Origin: Thermoplasmatota archaeon
Lineage (GTDB): Archaea; Thermoplasmatota; Penumbrarchaeia; Penumbrarchaeales; Penumbrarchaeaceae
Reading direction: 5' to 3'
DNA length: 64,000 nucleotides
Assembly: GCA_029762535.1 (NCBI GenBank)
Contig: JARVGK010000010.1
Span: 4,602-68,601 of the forward strand
Positions 29,199 to 39,000 of the stretch are shown piece by piece (position 1 is the stretch's first letter; each line of letters opens with the position of its first letter). The position numbers and the translations under genes were made by a program. Below the pieces are notes generated by a model, which worked only from the letters and a program-made list of their open reading frames with translations, searched no databases and was not told where the DNA came from.

Positions 29199-30512
29199 AT
29201 GGAATTGAAAGGATCGATCCACGGGATCCCCCTGATATTGATATTGATATTGATATTCTCGAATATTGGATCCCTGGCGAACGGCACCATCGAGGCGAAT
29301 TTCACAGGTACATGGACCGAATCCCTCGAGGACCGGGACGGGGACGGATCGGCGGAAGCTCTTGTCATAGGGGTCGATATCGACGTTTACGTCCCCGGGT
29401 CCTACGGCATTTTCGGGTCCGTGAACGACGGCGAGATCGTATCGAACTCGGGACTGGTCTCTCTGGGATTGGGAAGGCATCGGATCGATCTCAAGTTCCC
29501 CGGCGCCGATATCATCACCAGAGGCACCTCCGGACAGTACGACATCAAGCTCGAGCTCTACACCTCCGATCCCGGCTCCAACGCCCGGAGCAGGGAGATA
29601 AAGACGAAGGAAAGCTACGACCCGACCGATTTCGAAAGGGGTGAGGGCTTCCCCGGCACGTCCGTCACTGTCGAGGGCCCCGAGGTCCTGATCAACAACC
29701 CCCTGGTCGAGATAAGGATCAACACCACCAGGCCCCTTCTCGTCTTCTCGTATCCCGGCGAGCTCTCGAAAACGACGAGGGCCGCCCTCGAGTGCATCAG
29801 CCTTGTAGCGTACGACGATCAGGACGGGAACACGGCCTACGACCCCGGGGTGGACACCGTGAAGTACAGTACCGATCTGGCCCGGGACGTGGACTGGAAA
29901 ATGAACCTGGACCTCTCCAGGGGGTTCAGGATCGACCTCCAGGGCATGGCCCCGATGCGCAGGACCGGTTCCCCATCCCTCGTCGCCTGGGCGTCCCTGA
30001 CCATCACCATGGACTCGACGACGATAGATCCCCAGGGAAGCTCTCAGAAGTTCGACATAGACATAGAGCTGTTCCAGCCACTCGACTCCGACGGGATCGC
30101 CATAGTCCAGGAGCTCCGCGACGAGAGCGGCGGCCATGAGTTCCAGTATTCGGAATCCGATCCCTACAAGACCATCTCCCTCGTGGACCCATCGGGCAAG
30201 GTCAACGGCATGTACACCTGGGTGGACGAGATACTCATAGGGGAGGCGTCGGCGGACACCCTTTCATCCGCCAAAACTGGCCACAGGCTCGATGAGGACA
30301 CCGCCATGGTCGTTTTCAGCTATCCGCTCAACGGGGACACGCTGCAGGTGTTCCACGATCCAAGGGTGGGCATGGACCCTAAGATGCCCGAAATACGGGG
30401 CGAGGACCCGTTCCTCTCGAACAGGCCATTGCTGATGGGCGCGGGCTTTCTGTTGGGGGCCTCTCTGGTCATAGGGGCCGTAATCATAACACGATTGCGG
30501 AGGAGGTGGTGA
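29199..30512 (+). CDS. Secreted/membrane-anchored hypothetical protein with an N-terminal signal peptide and a C-terminal TM anchor.
   Basis: N-terminus MELKGSIHGIPLILILILIFSNIGSLANG. C-terminus PLLMGAGFLLGASLVIGAVIITRLRRRW. No recognised catalytic motifs. Confidence 0.55.
   Translation: MELKGSIHGIPLILILILIFSNIGSLANGTIEANFTGTWTESLEDRDGDGSAEALVIGVDIDVYVPGSYGIFGSVNDGEIVSNSGLVSLGLGRHRIDLKFPGADIITRGTSGQYDIKLELYTSDPGSNARSREIKTKESYDPTDFERGEGFPGTSVTVEGPEVLINNPLVEIRINTTRPLLVFSYPGELSKTTRAALECISLVAYDDQDGNTAYDPGVDTVKYSTDLARDVDWKMNLDLSRGFRIDLQGMAPMRRTGSPSLVAWASLTITMDSTTIDPQGSSQKFDIDIELFQPLDSDGIAIVQELRDESGGHEFQYSESDPYKTISLVDPSGKVNGMYTWVDEILIGEASADTLSSAKTGHRLDEDTAMVVFSYPLNGDTLQVFHDPRVGMDPKMPEIRGEDPFLSNRPLLMGAGFLLGASLVIGAVIITRLRRRW
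29234..29257. repeat. Hexanucleotide microsatellite (TGATAT)x4 inside the signal-peptide coding region; it encodes LILILILI.
   Basis: cctgatattgatattgatattgatattctc read directly in the sequence. Confidence 0.8.
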
Positions 30513-30515
30513 GAC

Positions 30516-30821
30516 TTGGACTGGGTGGAGACCGCATCCATACTCAAGGACGTCCTCGTGGGGATACTGATCATTCTCTCCATGGCCCTGACGACGATAG
30601 GAGCCCTGGCATGGAGGAGGAAAAGGGCGACGAGGCTTCTCTGGGTCACGATCGCCTTCGCGCTGTTCCTGGTCAAGGGGGTCTCCCTTGCCCTTGGGTT
30701 GTACGTGCTGGGGATGATCTCGGTCCCCAGGGGTTTCGCGGGGACCTTCGACCTGATGCTGATCCTCGATGTGCTGATACTGGTGATACTCTACCTCGCC
30801 CTCTTCAGGAGGACGGGCTGA
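30516..30821 (+). CDS. Small integral membrane protein with three predicted TM helices.
   Basis: Three hydrophobic segments. There is a 3-nt gap to the upstream gene and a 18-nt gap to the downstream regulator, which suggests an operon. Confidence 0.5.
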   Translation: MDWVETASILKDVLVGILIILSMALTTIGALAWRRKRATRLLWVTIAFALFLVKGVSLALGLYVLGMISVPRGFAGTFDLMLILDVLILVILYLALFRRTG

Positions 30822-30839
30822 AAAAGGGCCGGACTGATC

Positions 30840-31361
30840 GTGATGCGGGAAAAGGACCCGGACCTGGACATGAAGAAGAGGATCTTCGACCTCATCTCCC
30901 AGAGCCCGGGCGTTCACTTCAGGGAGATCTCGCGAAGGCTCGATGCCCCCACCGGCGCCCTGGAATACCATCTGCATCAGATGGAGAAGCGCGATATGAT
31001 AGTCGCGAAGCAGGAGGGCAAGTACAAGAGGTACTACGCCGAGGGCAAGGTGGGGTCCGCCGAGAAGCGCCTGCTGTCCTATCTGAGGAAGGACATACCG
31101 AGAGGGATACTCATCCATCTGATGCTGCACCCGGGAGCGAGGCATCGCGATATCAAGGAAGCCCTCTCTGTCGGTGGGCCCATACTCTCCTTCCACCTGC
31201 GCAAGATGGTCAGGGACGGGCTGGTTAGGGAGGTGGATGAAGGCACGAAGAGGCTCTTTGTCGCGGACCCTGACGCGGTCTCGAAGAGCCTGATAATGTA
31301 TAAGAGGTCCTTCATGGACGATCTGGTGGACTCCTTCGCCGACACATGGCTCGACATGTGA
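30840..31361 (+). CDS. Transcriptional regulator with tandem winged-helix (ArsR/TrmB-like wHTH) domains.
   Basis: Two wHTH-like blocks: KKRIFDLISQSPGVHFREISRRLDAPTGALEYHLHQMEKRDMIV and RGILIHLMLHPGARHRDIKEALSVGGPILSFHLRKMVRDGLV. Confidence 0.6.
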   Translation: MMREKDPDLDMKKRIFDLISQSPGVHFREISRRLDAPTGALEYHLHQMEKRDMIVAKQEGKYKRYYAEGKVGSAEKRLLSYLRKDIPRGILIHLMLHPGARHRDIKEALSVGGPILSFHLRKMVRDGLVREVDEGTKRLFVADPDAVSKSLIMYKRSFMDDLVDSFADTWLDM

Positions 31362-31363
31362 GC

Positions 31364-31825
31364 TCATTCGCGGCCGAGCTTCTTCATGGTCCTGTTCACG
31401 CTCTTTGACACATCGTCCTTCGTCGATCCCGTCCCATTGAAGAAACGCTCCCAGGTCGGCGTGTCCCAGTAAGGGCTGTCGAGCGGGTCCCTGTCAAGGG
31501 CATCCAACATGTCTTTAACCTTTTGGGCGCCACCCTCCCCGAATCGAAGCCTGAATATGGACCTGAACGTCGAGCCGCCGGCCCATACCGCCTCCATGTT
31601 CAGCTCGATCTCACCCTTCAACCTGGCGTTCCACGGATACGGCAGCCTTACGTCCCTCAGTTCTATATCTCCTCCGTCATTCAGGTGAGGGACTATCAGG
31701 GCCTCGCCGACATCTGTGAGGTTGAGGCGGTCCAGCCCGTTAAGTGGCCTCTTTACGCTCCCCTTCCTCAGCATCTCGTAGGACACCACGGGAGCGACCC
31801 TCAGGGGCATTATCCACATTGTCAT
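31364..31825 (-). CDS. Hypothetical protein downstream of nadE.
   Basis: 153-aa ORF with a 12-nt gap to nadE on the same strand. No recognised motifs. Confidence 0.4.
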   Translation of the reverse strand: MTMWIMPLRVAPVVSYEMLRKGSVKRPLNGLDRLNLTDVGEALIVPHLNDGGDIELRDVRLPYPWNARLKGEIELNMEAVWAGGSTFRSIFRLRFGEGGAQKVKDMLDALDRDPLDSPYWDTPTWERFFNGTGSTKDDVSKSVNRTMKKLGRE

Positions 31826-31837
31826 CTCGCCCAGATC

Positions 31838-32698
31838 TCACCACCTCTCCCTGAGATCGATCCCCACGGTCCAGGCCCCCACTTTGGGTATTATCAGCGG
31901 GTCCCTCTTGTGCCTTGAACCCTCGATCATCGAGAAGATCCGCTCGACGGAGTCCAGGGTTAATCCGCCGGGGCCGCCCGATGCATCGTCCTCCAATTCC
32001 CCTTCCATCATATCGAACACCTTCCGGGGCGCATACCCGGTGAGATACCCAATGACGACCCGATCGATGAGGGGATATGGAAGGCCTATGTCGCCCTCGT
32101 CGGTCTGGCCCGGGATGAGGCCTGCGGTCGGGACCCTGTCGATCAACGGCCTGGGCACTCCCAGTTCCGACGCGAGCGCCCTGACCTGGGTCTTGTAAAG
32201 GTCGCCGATGGGGCAGATATCGGAGCCTCCGTCGCCGTGCTTGGTGAAATATCCCAGCATTATCTCGGTCTTGTTCGAGGTTCCGAGGACCAGCAGGTCC
32301 TCCTCGTTGGCTATCGCGTAAAGCACCGCCATCCTCATCCGGGCCTGCAGGTTCGCGTTGGCGGACCTGCCCAACTCGAAGGGGAACGCCTCGATTAGAG
32401 GTGATATGTCGTGCTCCCTGAGATCACAGCCCGCGTCCCGGGCCGACATCGATGCGAGATCCCTATCCGGGGATGATAGTTCACCGTAGGGTAGGAAAAC
32501 AGGAAGCACACGGTCGCTGCCAAGGGCGATGGAGGATAATTTCAGGACGAGCGCGGAGTCCAGGCCTCCGGAGAGCCCCAGGACACAGCCCCTGCAGCCC
32601 GATGATGCGAACCTCTCCCTGATGAACTCCGATATTATCGTGCCCGTCTCGGGCCTCAGGCGAGGAACGGCCATCATCTGCACACCCCGAAGGTTCAA
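31838..32698 (-). CDS. nadE: NH3-dependent NAD+ synthetase.
   Basis: PP-loop motif SGGLDSALV. Overall NadE-like length and composition. Confidence 0.8.
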   Translation of the reverse strand: MNLRGVQMMAVPRLRPETGTIISEFIRERFASSGCRGCVLGLSGGLDSALVLKLSSIALGSDRVLPVFLPYGELSSPDRDLASMSARDAGCDLREHDISPLIEAFPFELGRSANANLQARMRMAVLYAIANEEDLLVLGTSNKTEIMLGYFTKHGDGGSDICPIGDLYKTQVRALASELGVPRPLIDRVPTAGLIPGQTDEGDIGLPYPLIDRVVIGYLTGYAPRKVFDMMEGELEDDASGGPGGLTLDSVERIFSMIEGSRHKRDPLIIPKVGAWTVGIDLRERW

Positions 32699-32732
32699 GG
32701 TTGATTATCTTTGAAGGTAACGGTCGGCAAAA

Positions 32733-32743
32733 GATTAAATTAT
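32733..32743 (+). promoter_or_regulatory. TATA-like box (GATTAAATTAT) ~24 nt upstream of ATG 32762; consistent with a leaderless transcript.
   Basis: AT-rich element preceded by AAAA (BRE-like). The ATG at 32762 is the first ATG downstream; the ORF-track start at 32711 is a TTG. Confidence 0.45.
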
Positions 32744-32761
32744 CCCCGGCCCACTCAAGTC

Positions 32762-33127
32762 ATGGGTATCATCTTGATCAGCTACAAGATAGAGAACATA
32801 ATCGCCTCGGCGAAGATCAACACACCCATAGACCTGGATGCTCTTGCGGCCAAGCTCGAGAACGTCGAGTACAAACCGGAGAACTTCCAGGCGGCCATAT
32901 GGAGGCCCTCGAACAGCTACGGGGTGGCCCTGGTCTTCAGCGACGGGAGGCTCATGTGCACCAACATGAGAAGCGTCCAGGACGTCGAGAACATATTCAA
33001 GAAGCTTGTCAAGAGGCTCGAGGAGCTCGAGATGATCAACCCCAGGGTGGCTTGCCCGCACTGCGGCGCCGCCATAGATACCGAGGATATGGTCTGTATC
33101 GAATGCGGCGGCCTCATAAACAAATAG
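32762..33127 (+). CDS. Single-repeat TBP-fold (TATA-binding-protein-like half domain) protein with a C-terminal C4 zinc ribbon.
   Basis: IENIIASAKINTPIDLDALAAKLENVEYKPENFQAAIWRPSNSYGVALVFSDGRLMCTNMRSVQDVENIFKKLVKRL aligns with one TBP repeat (IENIVASVDL...LDLE...KYNPEEFPGII...VALLIFSSGKLVVTGAKS...). It is followed by CPHCG...CIECGG. Confidence 0.6.
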   Translation: MGIILISYKIENIIASAKINTPIDLDALAAKLENVEYKPENFQAAIWRPSNSYGVALVFSDGRLMCTNMRSVQDVENIFKKLVKRLEELEMINPRVACPHCGAAIDTEDMVCIECGGLINK

Positions 33128-33133
33128 GCCCTT

Positions 33134-34459
33134 TCACAGGTCCTCGAGGACCCTCGATGCGGCATCGCGGACCGGTGCCACCTTCTCCTCGGGGCAGGAT
33201 ATCATCATGCACCAGGGGACCGTGGGCCTGTGCTGCAGGCTCCTGGCTATCGATGAGAGCTTGGACAAGGGGGTCGGCCTCTCCGACATAACCTTTATAT
33301 CCGTCCTCTTGAGCCTCGGCTCCGAGAGCGTGAGAGCCGGATCGGGGACGTCGATTATCACCTGTCCCTCCTTGACCCCTGCCCTTCTGGCTATCCTGTC
33401 CTCCATTACCGTCCTCGCCCTGTCGTCGGATGCCTCCCGGACGATCTCCCTGGTCCTCAATGAAAGCTCGTCATCCCCCAGGGCGTCCTCGGATTCGATC
33501 CGGAACGCGGCCTTGAAGAGCCTTCTCATCCTCAGCCTTCTTACGATATCTCCGGTCAGGCCCTCCTCCTTCCTCAGGGTGAACAGGACCTCGGCGTCCG
33601 AGAGGTTCCAGATCCCGAGGAGCCTGTCATCGTTCAATCCCGAGACCGCCCTGCAGAGCATGGATTCCGCAATTCGGGCCGTCTTGTGGAAGTACACGGA
33701 CGAATACATCAGTGATCGCGCCACGAGCATGCCCTCAAGGGCGGAGATCCCCCTCTTGTGGATCATAAGCTCGCCGTTTACGAGGACCGCCGTCTGGACG
33801 ATCCTGTCGATGTCTATGGTCCCGTGGGCGGCCCCCGTGTAATGGGAGTCCCTGAGAAGGAAGTCCAGCTGGTCCGCGTCCAGGGCCGAGTGGATTATCT
33901 GGCGCATGTACTGCGGCGTATCATCCCCCGCCTCCACCTCAAGAGGGAGCCTCAGTTCCACAATGCCCCCGTTCTTCTCCTGGCATACGAGAGAGGCGAT
34001 GTATCCGGGGTCCAGCCCGTGCCTCTCGAGTATGTCCGGGATCCTCCGCGCCTCCCAGGACGGGTCCGTCCACTCGCTGAGGTCCAGGTCCACCATGCCT
34101 GTTATCAGGTCCCGGGTCAGCTCCATGTGGTCGAGCCCGATCCTGTCGTGGAATATGCCCTCCAGAGTGTGCGAGAAGGGGCCGTGGCCCACGTCGTGTA
34201 GCAGTCCAGCCGCCCTGAGTATCGCGGCCTCCTCCTCGCCAAGGCCCAGCTCCCTAGCGAGCAGCCCGGCGACGAAGGATACGCCCATGGAATGCTCCAA
34301 TCGCGTGTGCTGTGCCCCCGGAAACACCAGATAGGCCAATCCCAGCTGCTTTATCTGGTTCAGCCGGATGATCTGAGGGGATCCCAGAAGCTCGAGAAGG
34401 GCTCCCTCGAACCTGATCGTCCCGTGGACCGGGTCGTTTATGGTCTTGATCTCTCCCAT
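33134..34459 (-). CDS. HD-domain dNTP triphosphohydrolase (dGTPase/SAMHD1-like).
   Basis: HD motifs RLEHSMGV and LLHDVGHGPFSH. Length and overall organisation are typical of dGTPase-family triphosphohydrolases. Confidence 0.7.
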   Translation of the reverse strand: MGEIKTINDPVHGTIRFEGALLELLGSPQIIRLNQIKQLGLAYLVFPGAQHTRLEHSMGVSFVAGLLARELGLGEEEAAILRAAGLLHDVGHGPFSHTLEGIFHDRIGLDHMELTRDLITGMVDLDLSEWTDPSWEARRIPDILERHGLDPGYIASLVCQEKNGGIVELRLPLEVEAGDDTPQYMRQIIHSALDADQLDFLLRDSHYTGAAHGTIDIDRIVQTAVLVNGELMIHKRGISALEGMLVARSLMYSSVYFHKTARIAESMLCRAVSGLNDDRLLGIWNLSDAEVLFTLRKEEGLTGDIVRRLRMRRLFKAAFRIESEDALGDDELSLRTREIVREASDDRARTVMEDRIARRAGVKEGQVIIDVPDPALTLSEPRLKRTDIKVMSERPTPLSKLSSIARSLQHRPTVPWCMMISCPEEKVAPVRDAASRVLEDL

Positions 34460-34526
34460 GGAAAGGGGTCATGCGACGGAAGGGTATATGATTTTTCACT
34501 TCAGGTCGCAAGATCGAAGACCGCGT

Positions 34527-35735
34527 TCATATGGACCCGAACTCGATCGCTATCTTTTTGCCGTATCCCCTGCATTCTTCGAGGGAGGCCTCATCGGGGT
34601 TCCAGAGGGCCTTGACGCCGTCGTCGATCACTTCGAGACCAGCATTCTCAAGAAGGCCCTTGAGCATCGACGGGGATTCCCCGCTCCATCCGTAGCAGCC
34701 GAACACGGCCGCCTTCTTCCCCTTGAAGCCAAGGCCGCGTACCTCCTCCATTATCCCGGCGACCGCGGTGAGGATCCCCCTGTTGATGGTCGGGGATCCC
34801 ACAACGACCCCCTTGGACCTGAAGATCTCGGTTATCACGTCGTTCTTGTCGCTCTGGGAGAGGTTGAACAGCTTCACCACAACCTCCGGGTCCTCCAACG
34901 TCGCTCCCTTGGCGATCTCCTCGGCCATCCTTCGGGTCCCGCCCCACATGGTGTCGTACAGGATGGTTATCTGGTCCTCTTTGTAGGCCTGGGACCATTC
35001 CATGTATCTATTGACGATCTGTATCGGGTCCTTCCTCCAGATCACCCCGTGGCTGGTGCATATCATATCGAGGGGGACGTTCAGAGATACGAACTCCTCG
35101 ATCTTCCTCTTGACAAGGGCGGAGAAGGGCGTGAGTATGTTGGCGTAGTATTTCATGCACTCCGTCCACAGCTCGCAGGGGTCAACGAGATCGTTGAACA
35201 TCTTCTCCGAGGCGTAGTGCTGGCCGAAGGCATCGTTGCTGAAAAGAACGTTGTCCTCCGTCATATAACAGAACATGCTGTCGGGCCAGTGCAGCATCGG
35301 GGCCTCGATGAAGATGAGCTTCTTCCCGTTGCCCAGATCGAGGGTGTCCCCGGTCTTGACCGGATGGAAGTCCCAGTCCTTGTGATAATGACCCTTAATC
35401 GATCTGATCCCGTTCGCAGTGCAGTATATCGGGACGTCGGGGATCTCCTCCATGAGCCGGGGTAATGCCCCGGAGTGGTCTATCTCCGCGTGGTTGGCTA
35501 TGATATGATCTATCCTCGAGAGATCGATCTCCTTCTTCAGGTTCTCTACATACTCATCGGCAAAAGGAGCCCATACCGTATCGATGATCGCCACCTTCTC
35601 CTCCTCTATCAGGTAGGAGTTGTAGGTGGATCCCTTGTGGGTAGAATATTCGTCACCGTGGAACTTCCTGAGCTCCCAGTCTATCTTCCCGATCCAGCTT
35701 ATGTTGTTCTTTACCTTGAGCCTCATTTCGGCCAC
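34527..35735 (-). CDS. fprA: Flavodiiron protein (FprA-type O2/NO reductase) with a metallo-beta-lactamase-like domain and a flavodoxin domain.
   Basis: Diiron-site motif region HAEIDHSGALP and a C-terminal flavodoxin fold (AAVFGCYGWSGES). The start could be GTG 35735 or ATG 35726. An AT-rich element lies ~20-30 nt upstream. Confidence 0.75.
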   Translation of the reverse strand: MAEMRLKVKNNISWIGKIDWELRKFHGDEYSTHKGSTYNSYLIEEEKVAIIDTVWAPFADEYVENLKKEIDLSRIDHIIANHAEIDHSGALPRLMEEIPDVPIYCTANGIRSIKGHYHKDWDFHPVKTGDTLDLGNGKKLIFIEAPMLHWPDSMFCYMTEDNVLFSNDAFGQHYASEKMFNDLVDPCELWTECMKYYANILTPFSALVKRKIEEFVSLNVPLDMICTSHGVIWRKDPIQIVNRYMEWSQAYKEDQITILYDTMWGGTRRMAEEIAKGATLEDPEVVVKLFNLSQSDKNDVITEIFRSKGVVVGSPTINRGILTAVAGIMEEVRGLGFKGKKAAVFGCYGWSGESPSMLKGLLENAGLEVIDDGVKALWNPDEASLEECRGYGKKIAIEFGSI

Positions 35736-35744
35736 CTTCTGATC

Positions 35745-35777
35745 AAAGGTATATATTTTATACTATATCACATGTGG
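35745..35777. promoter_or_regulatory. AT-rich near-palindromic element (aaaggtatatattttatactatatcac) in the divergent intergenic region; candidate bidirectional TATA/BRE region for fprA and the FN3 surface-protein gene.
   Basis: It is the only AT-rich stretch in the 287-nt divergent spacer. Confidence 0.35.
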
Positions 35778-36022
35778 AGTTTCAAATTGTATAGCGAGGG
35801 CCGGATAAGATAGCATTTGGCCTTGATCCCGGCGCTCCCAAAGCATGGAGAGGATATGGCGGGGTAGGAAGCACTTCTTCTTTACAGTGATCCGATCGAT
35901 CTTCCGTGATGTCCGTACTTCTATGGATCCCTCGTAAAGTTAATTACGGTGTAAAGGGCCTTAAGGTAGTGTTCCTATAGGGAACATGACAGCTCGGAAG
36001 CGGGCCTTGAGGAGGCAGAAAA

Positions 36023-39000
36023 ATGGGATCGTCGTATGCCAGGGCATTGATGGCCGCGATAGCGATGACGCTGTTCTTCGTCCCATCGGGGATGATCAGC
36101 GGCTCGGAGGATGATGTGTACGAGGCGCCCTTTGATGTTATCCAACTTACCATCGAAGGCGGCCTCGATGCGGTCTTCATCGAGAACAGGGGACAGTGGG
36201 ATCCCGAGGTCATGTTCGTGGCGAGGACGGGATATGGCCAGGTCGGATTCACGAAAGACGGAATATACCACAACGTTGTGATTGTCGAGAGGACCGAGCC
36301 TGAACGAAGGGGCATGACCGGGGCGGCCTCGGCCGACTCATGCCTGGTTGGCATCGGGTTCTCGGGATCCAACCCCGCGACCCCAGTGGGCGTCGATGTT
36401 CTCCCGACCGAATACAATTACTTCCTCGGGTCCGATCCCTCAAGATGGGCCTCGGGGGTAAGCGCCTACTCGTCCATTGTTTACAGGGATCTCTGGGACG
36501 GGATCGATCTGATATACAAAGGGGGTCCGGACGGCCTCAAGTACGACATCGTCCTTCGCCCGGGGGCGGATCCCGACTCCGTCCGGTTCGAGGTGGATGA
36601 TTCGACCCTCCTCTCGGTCCGGGGAGATTCCCTCCACATAGGTACCCCTCTCGGAATGGACCTCGTCGATGGCGGGCTCAGGACATTCTACATGGACACC
36701 ATGGAGCCGATCCCTTCCTCATTTTCGTTGGATGGGGGCCTCTTCGGATTCTCGCTCTCATCCTATGATAAGGACAGGAGCGTCGTCATCGATCCGACCG
36801 TGAACCTCCTGGCCCTGAACTTCTCCACGTTCATCGGAGGAAGTAGTAGCGACTACCCTTACGAGATGGACGTGGACGCATCGGGGAACGTCTTCGTGTG
36901 CGGAGCGACATACTCTACGAACTTCCCCACCATCAGGGGGCAGTCTTACCAGGAGAGGATCAATGGATACGGCGACGCCTTCGTACTCAAGCTCGATTCC
37001 GCCGGCAGGAGCCTGCTCATCTGCACCTACATCGGAGGCTCCAGCTCTGATGAGGCCACGAGCATCAAGGTCGATGATAACGGCGACTGCTACGTCGCCG
37101 GTGTCACGACCTCGGAGGACTTCCCCACGACGAAGGACGCCTACAACGACACCCTCTACAGCAGTTCACTGGACCTATTCATACTCAAGCTCAACAGCAG
37201 GGGCAGCGATCTCATTTACTCCACGTATCTGGGCGGAGCGGATTATGATTATTTTCCCAGGATCGATATCGATGATTCCGGGAACGTCTACCTTGCAGCC
37301 TCGACAATATCCGATAATTTTCCCATTACCTCAAATGCTTATCAGAACACGCTCATCCCCGACCCGTGGGGGGGGTGGGCCTGGGACATGGTGTTCCTCA
37401 AGATGGACCTCTCGAAAATGGATCTGATCTATTCCTCTTACCTCGGTGGCGAAGGTTCCGACATCTCCACTTCGATACGATACGACGATGCCGGCAGCGT
37501 GTACATGGGTGGCTACACGGATTCCTCGGACTTCAATGTTACCAGCGGAGCTTATCAGGGAACAATTAATGGAAGGACGGACGGATTCGTCTTCAAGTTC
37601 GACATGACGGCAAAAAGCATGACCTACTGCACCTACTTCGGAGGGACCAGCGGTAGTACATACATCAGCGACATGGACATCGACGAGTCGGGAAACGTCT
37701 ATGCATGTGGTGAGACAGATTCTCAAAACCTCCCCGTTACCATCGGTGCGTACGACGCCCAGATGGACGGAGGGGCTGACGCGTTCGTCATGCGCCTCAA
37801 CTCCGCAGGGAGCGGGCTAGTATTCTGCACCTTCGCCGGCGGTTCGGGATACGAAAGCTTCCAGGGCATAAGCCTGGACGATGAACTGGACATCCATCTC
37901 TCGGGGTATATCTACGACACCTTCGATTTCCCCATGCCGAACGGCGTGTTCCAGCCTTCGGCCGGTGGCGGATTGCAGGAGGGTGTGTACATGAAGCTCT
38001 CGAACGACGGCAGCGAGAACCTCTACTCAACGTACGTCGGGGGGGTCAGCTATGATGAATGCACGGATGTGGTAGTGTGCCCGAACAGCCAGGAGCCGAT
38101 CGTACTCGGGTCCACATCTTCCTCCGACTTCCCGACCAAGGGCGGGTCCTACGACACCACCCACAACGGGGCCGACGATATCTTCGTGCTCAAGCTCATA
38201 CTCTCCCTGCCCCCGGACCCGCCGGGGACCCCTGTCGCGTCAGCGGGCGATTCCTTCGTCAACCTCTCATGGGATCCCCCCGCCATCGACGGAGGGGCTC
38301 CTGTCACCGATTACGAGGTGCATCGAGGGACCAAGTCCGGATCCCTCTCGAGGATCGCCTTCACGGAAGGGAACAGCTCGTACAACGATACCTCCGTCAC
38401 CAACGGGATCAAGTACTACTATGCCGTCCTCGCCGTTAACAGGATGGGGCCGGGAAAGCTCTCCGACGAGATCATTGCCCTGCCGGCGACCGTTCCCACG
38501 CCTCCCCGTAACGTCGTGGCAAGATACAGCAACAGGTTCGTCAACCTGACGTGGATCGCTCCGGAGGACGACGGAGGCCTCGTGCTTCAGGGCTTTTATC
38601 TCTACAAGTTCACCGGGTCATCGCAGACCCCCGAGGTCTCCACGATAGAGCCCTACATCAAGACCTATTCCGACGAATCGGTCACGAACGGCATCAACTA
38701 CCGCTATTTCCTCACCGCCTTCAATACCATGGGGGAATCCCCGCCCTCGATCGAGGTAAACGCGACCCCGAGGACAAGGCCGGGGATGGTGGAGGACGTG
38801 GTCATAAGTACGGGACCTGAGTTCATCAGCCTGAGATGGAGCGCCCCTGAATGGGACGGCGGCAGCCCGATCCTGAACTACACCATATTCAGGGCGGTCC
38901 AGAGCGGGTCCTTCGCGAGATACGTCACCCTCCCGGCGATGCCGAGGATCTTCAACGACACGGGGCTGGAGAACGGCCTCAGATATCGATACAAGCTCAT

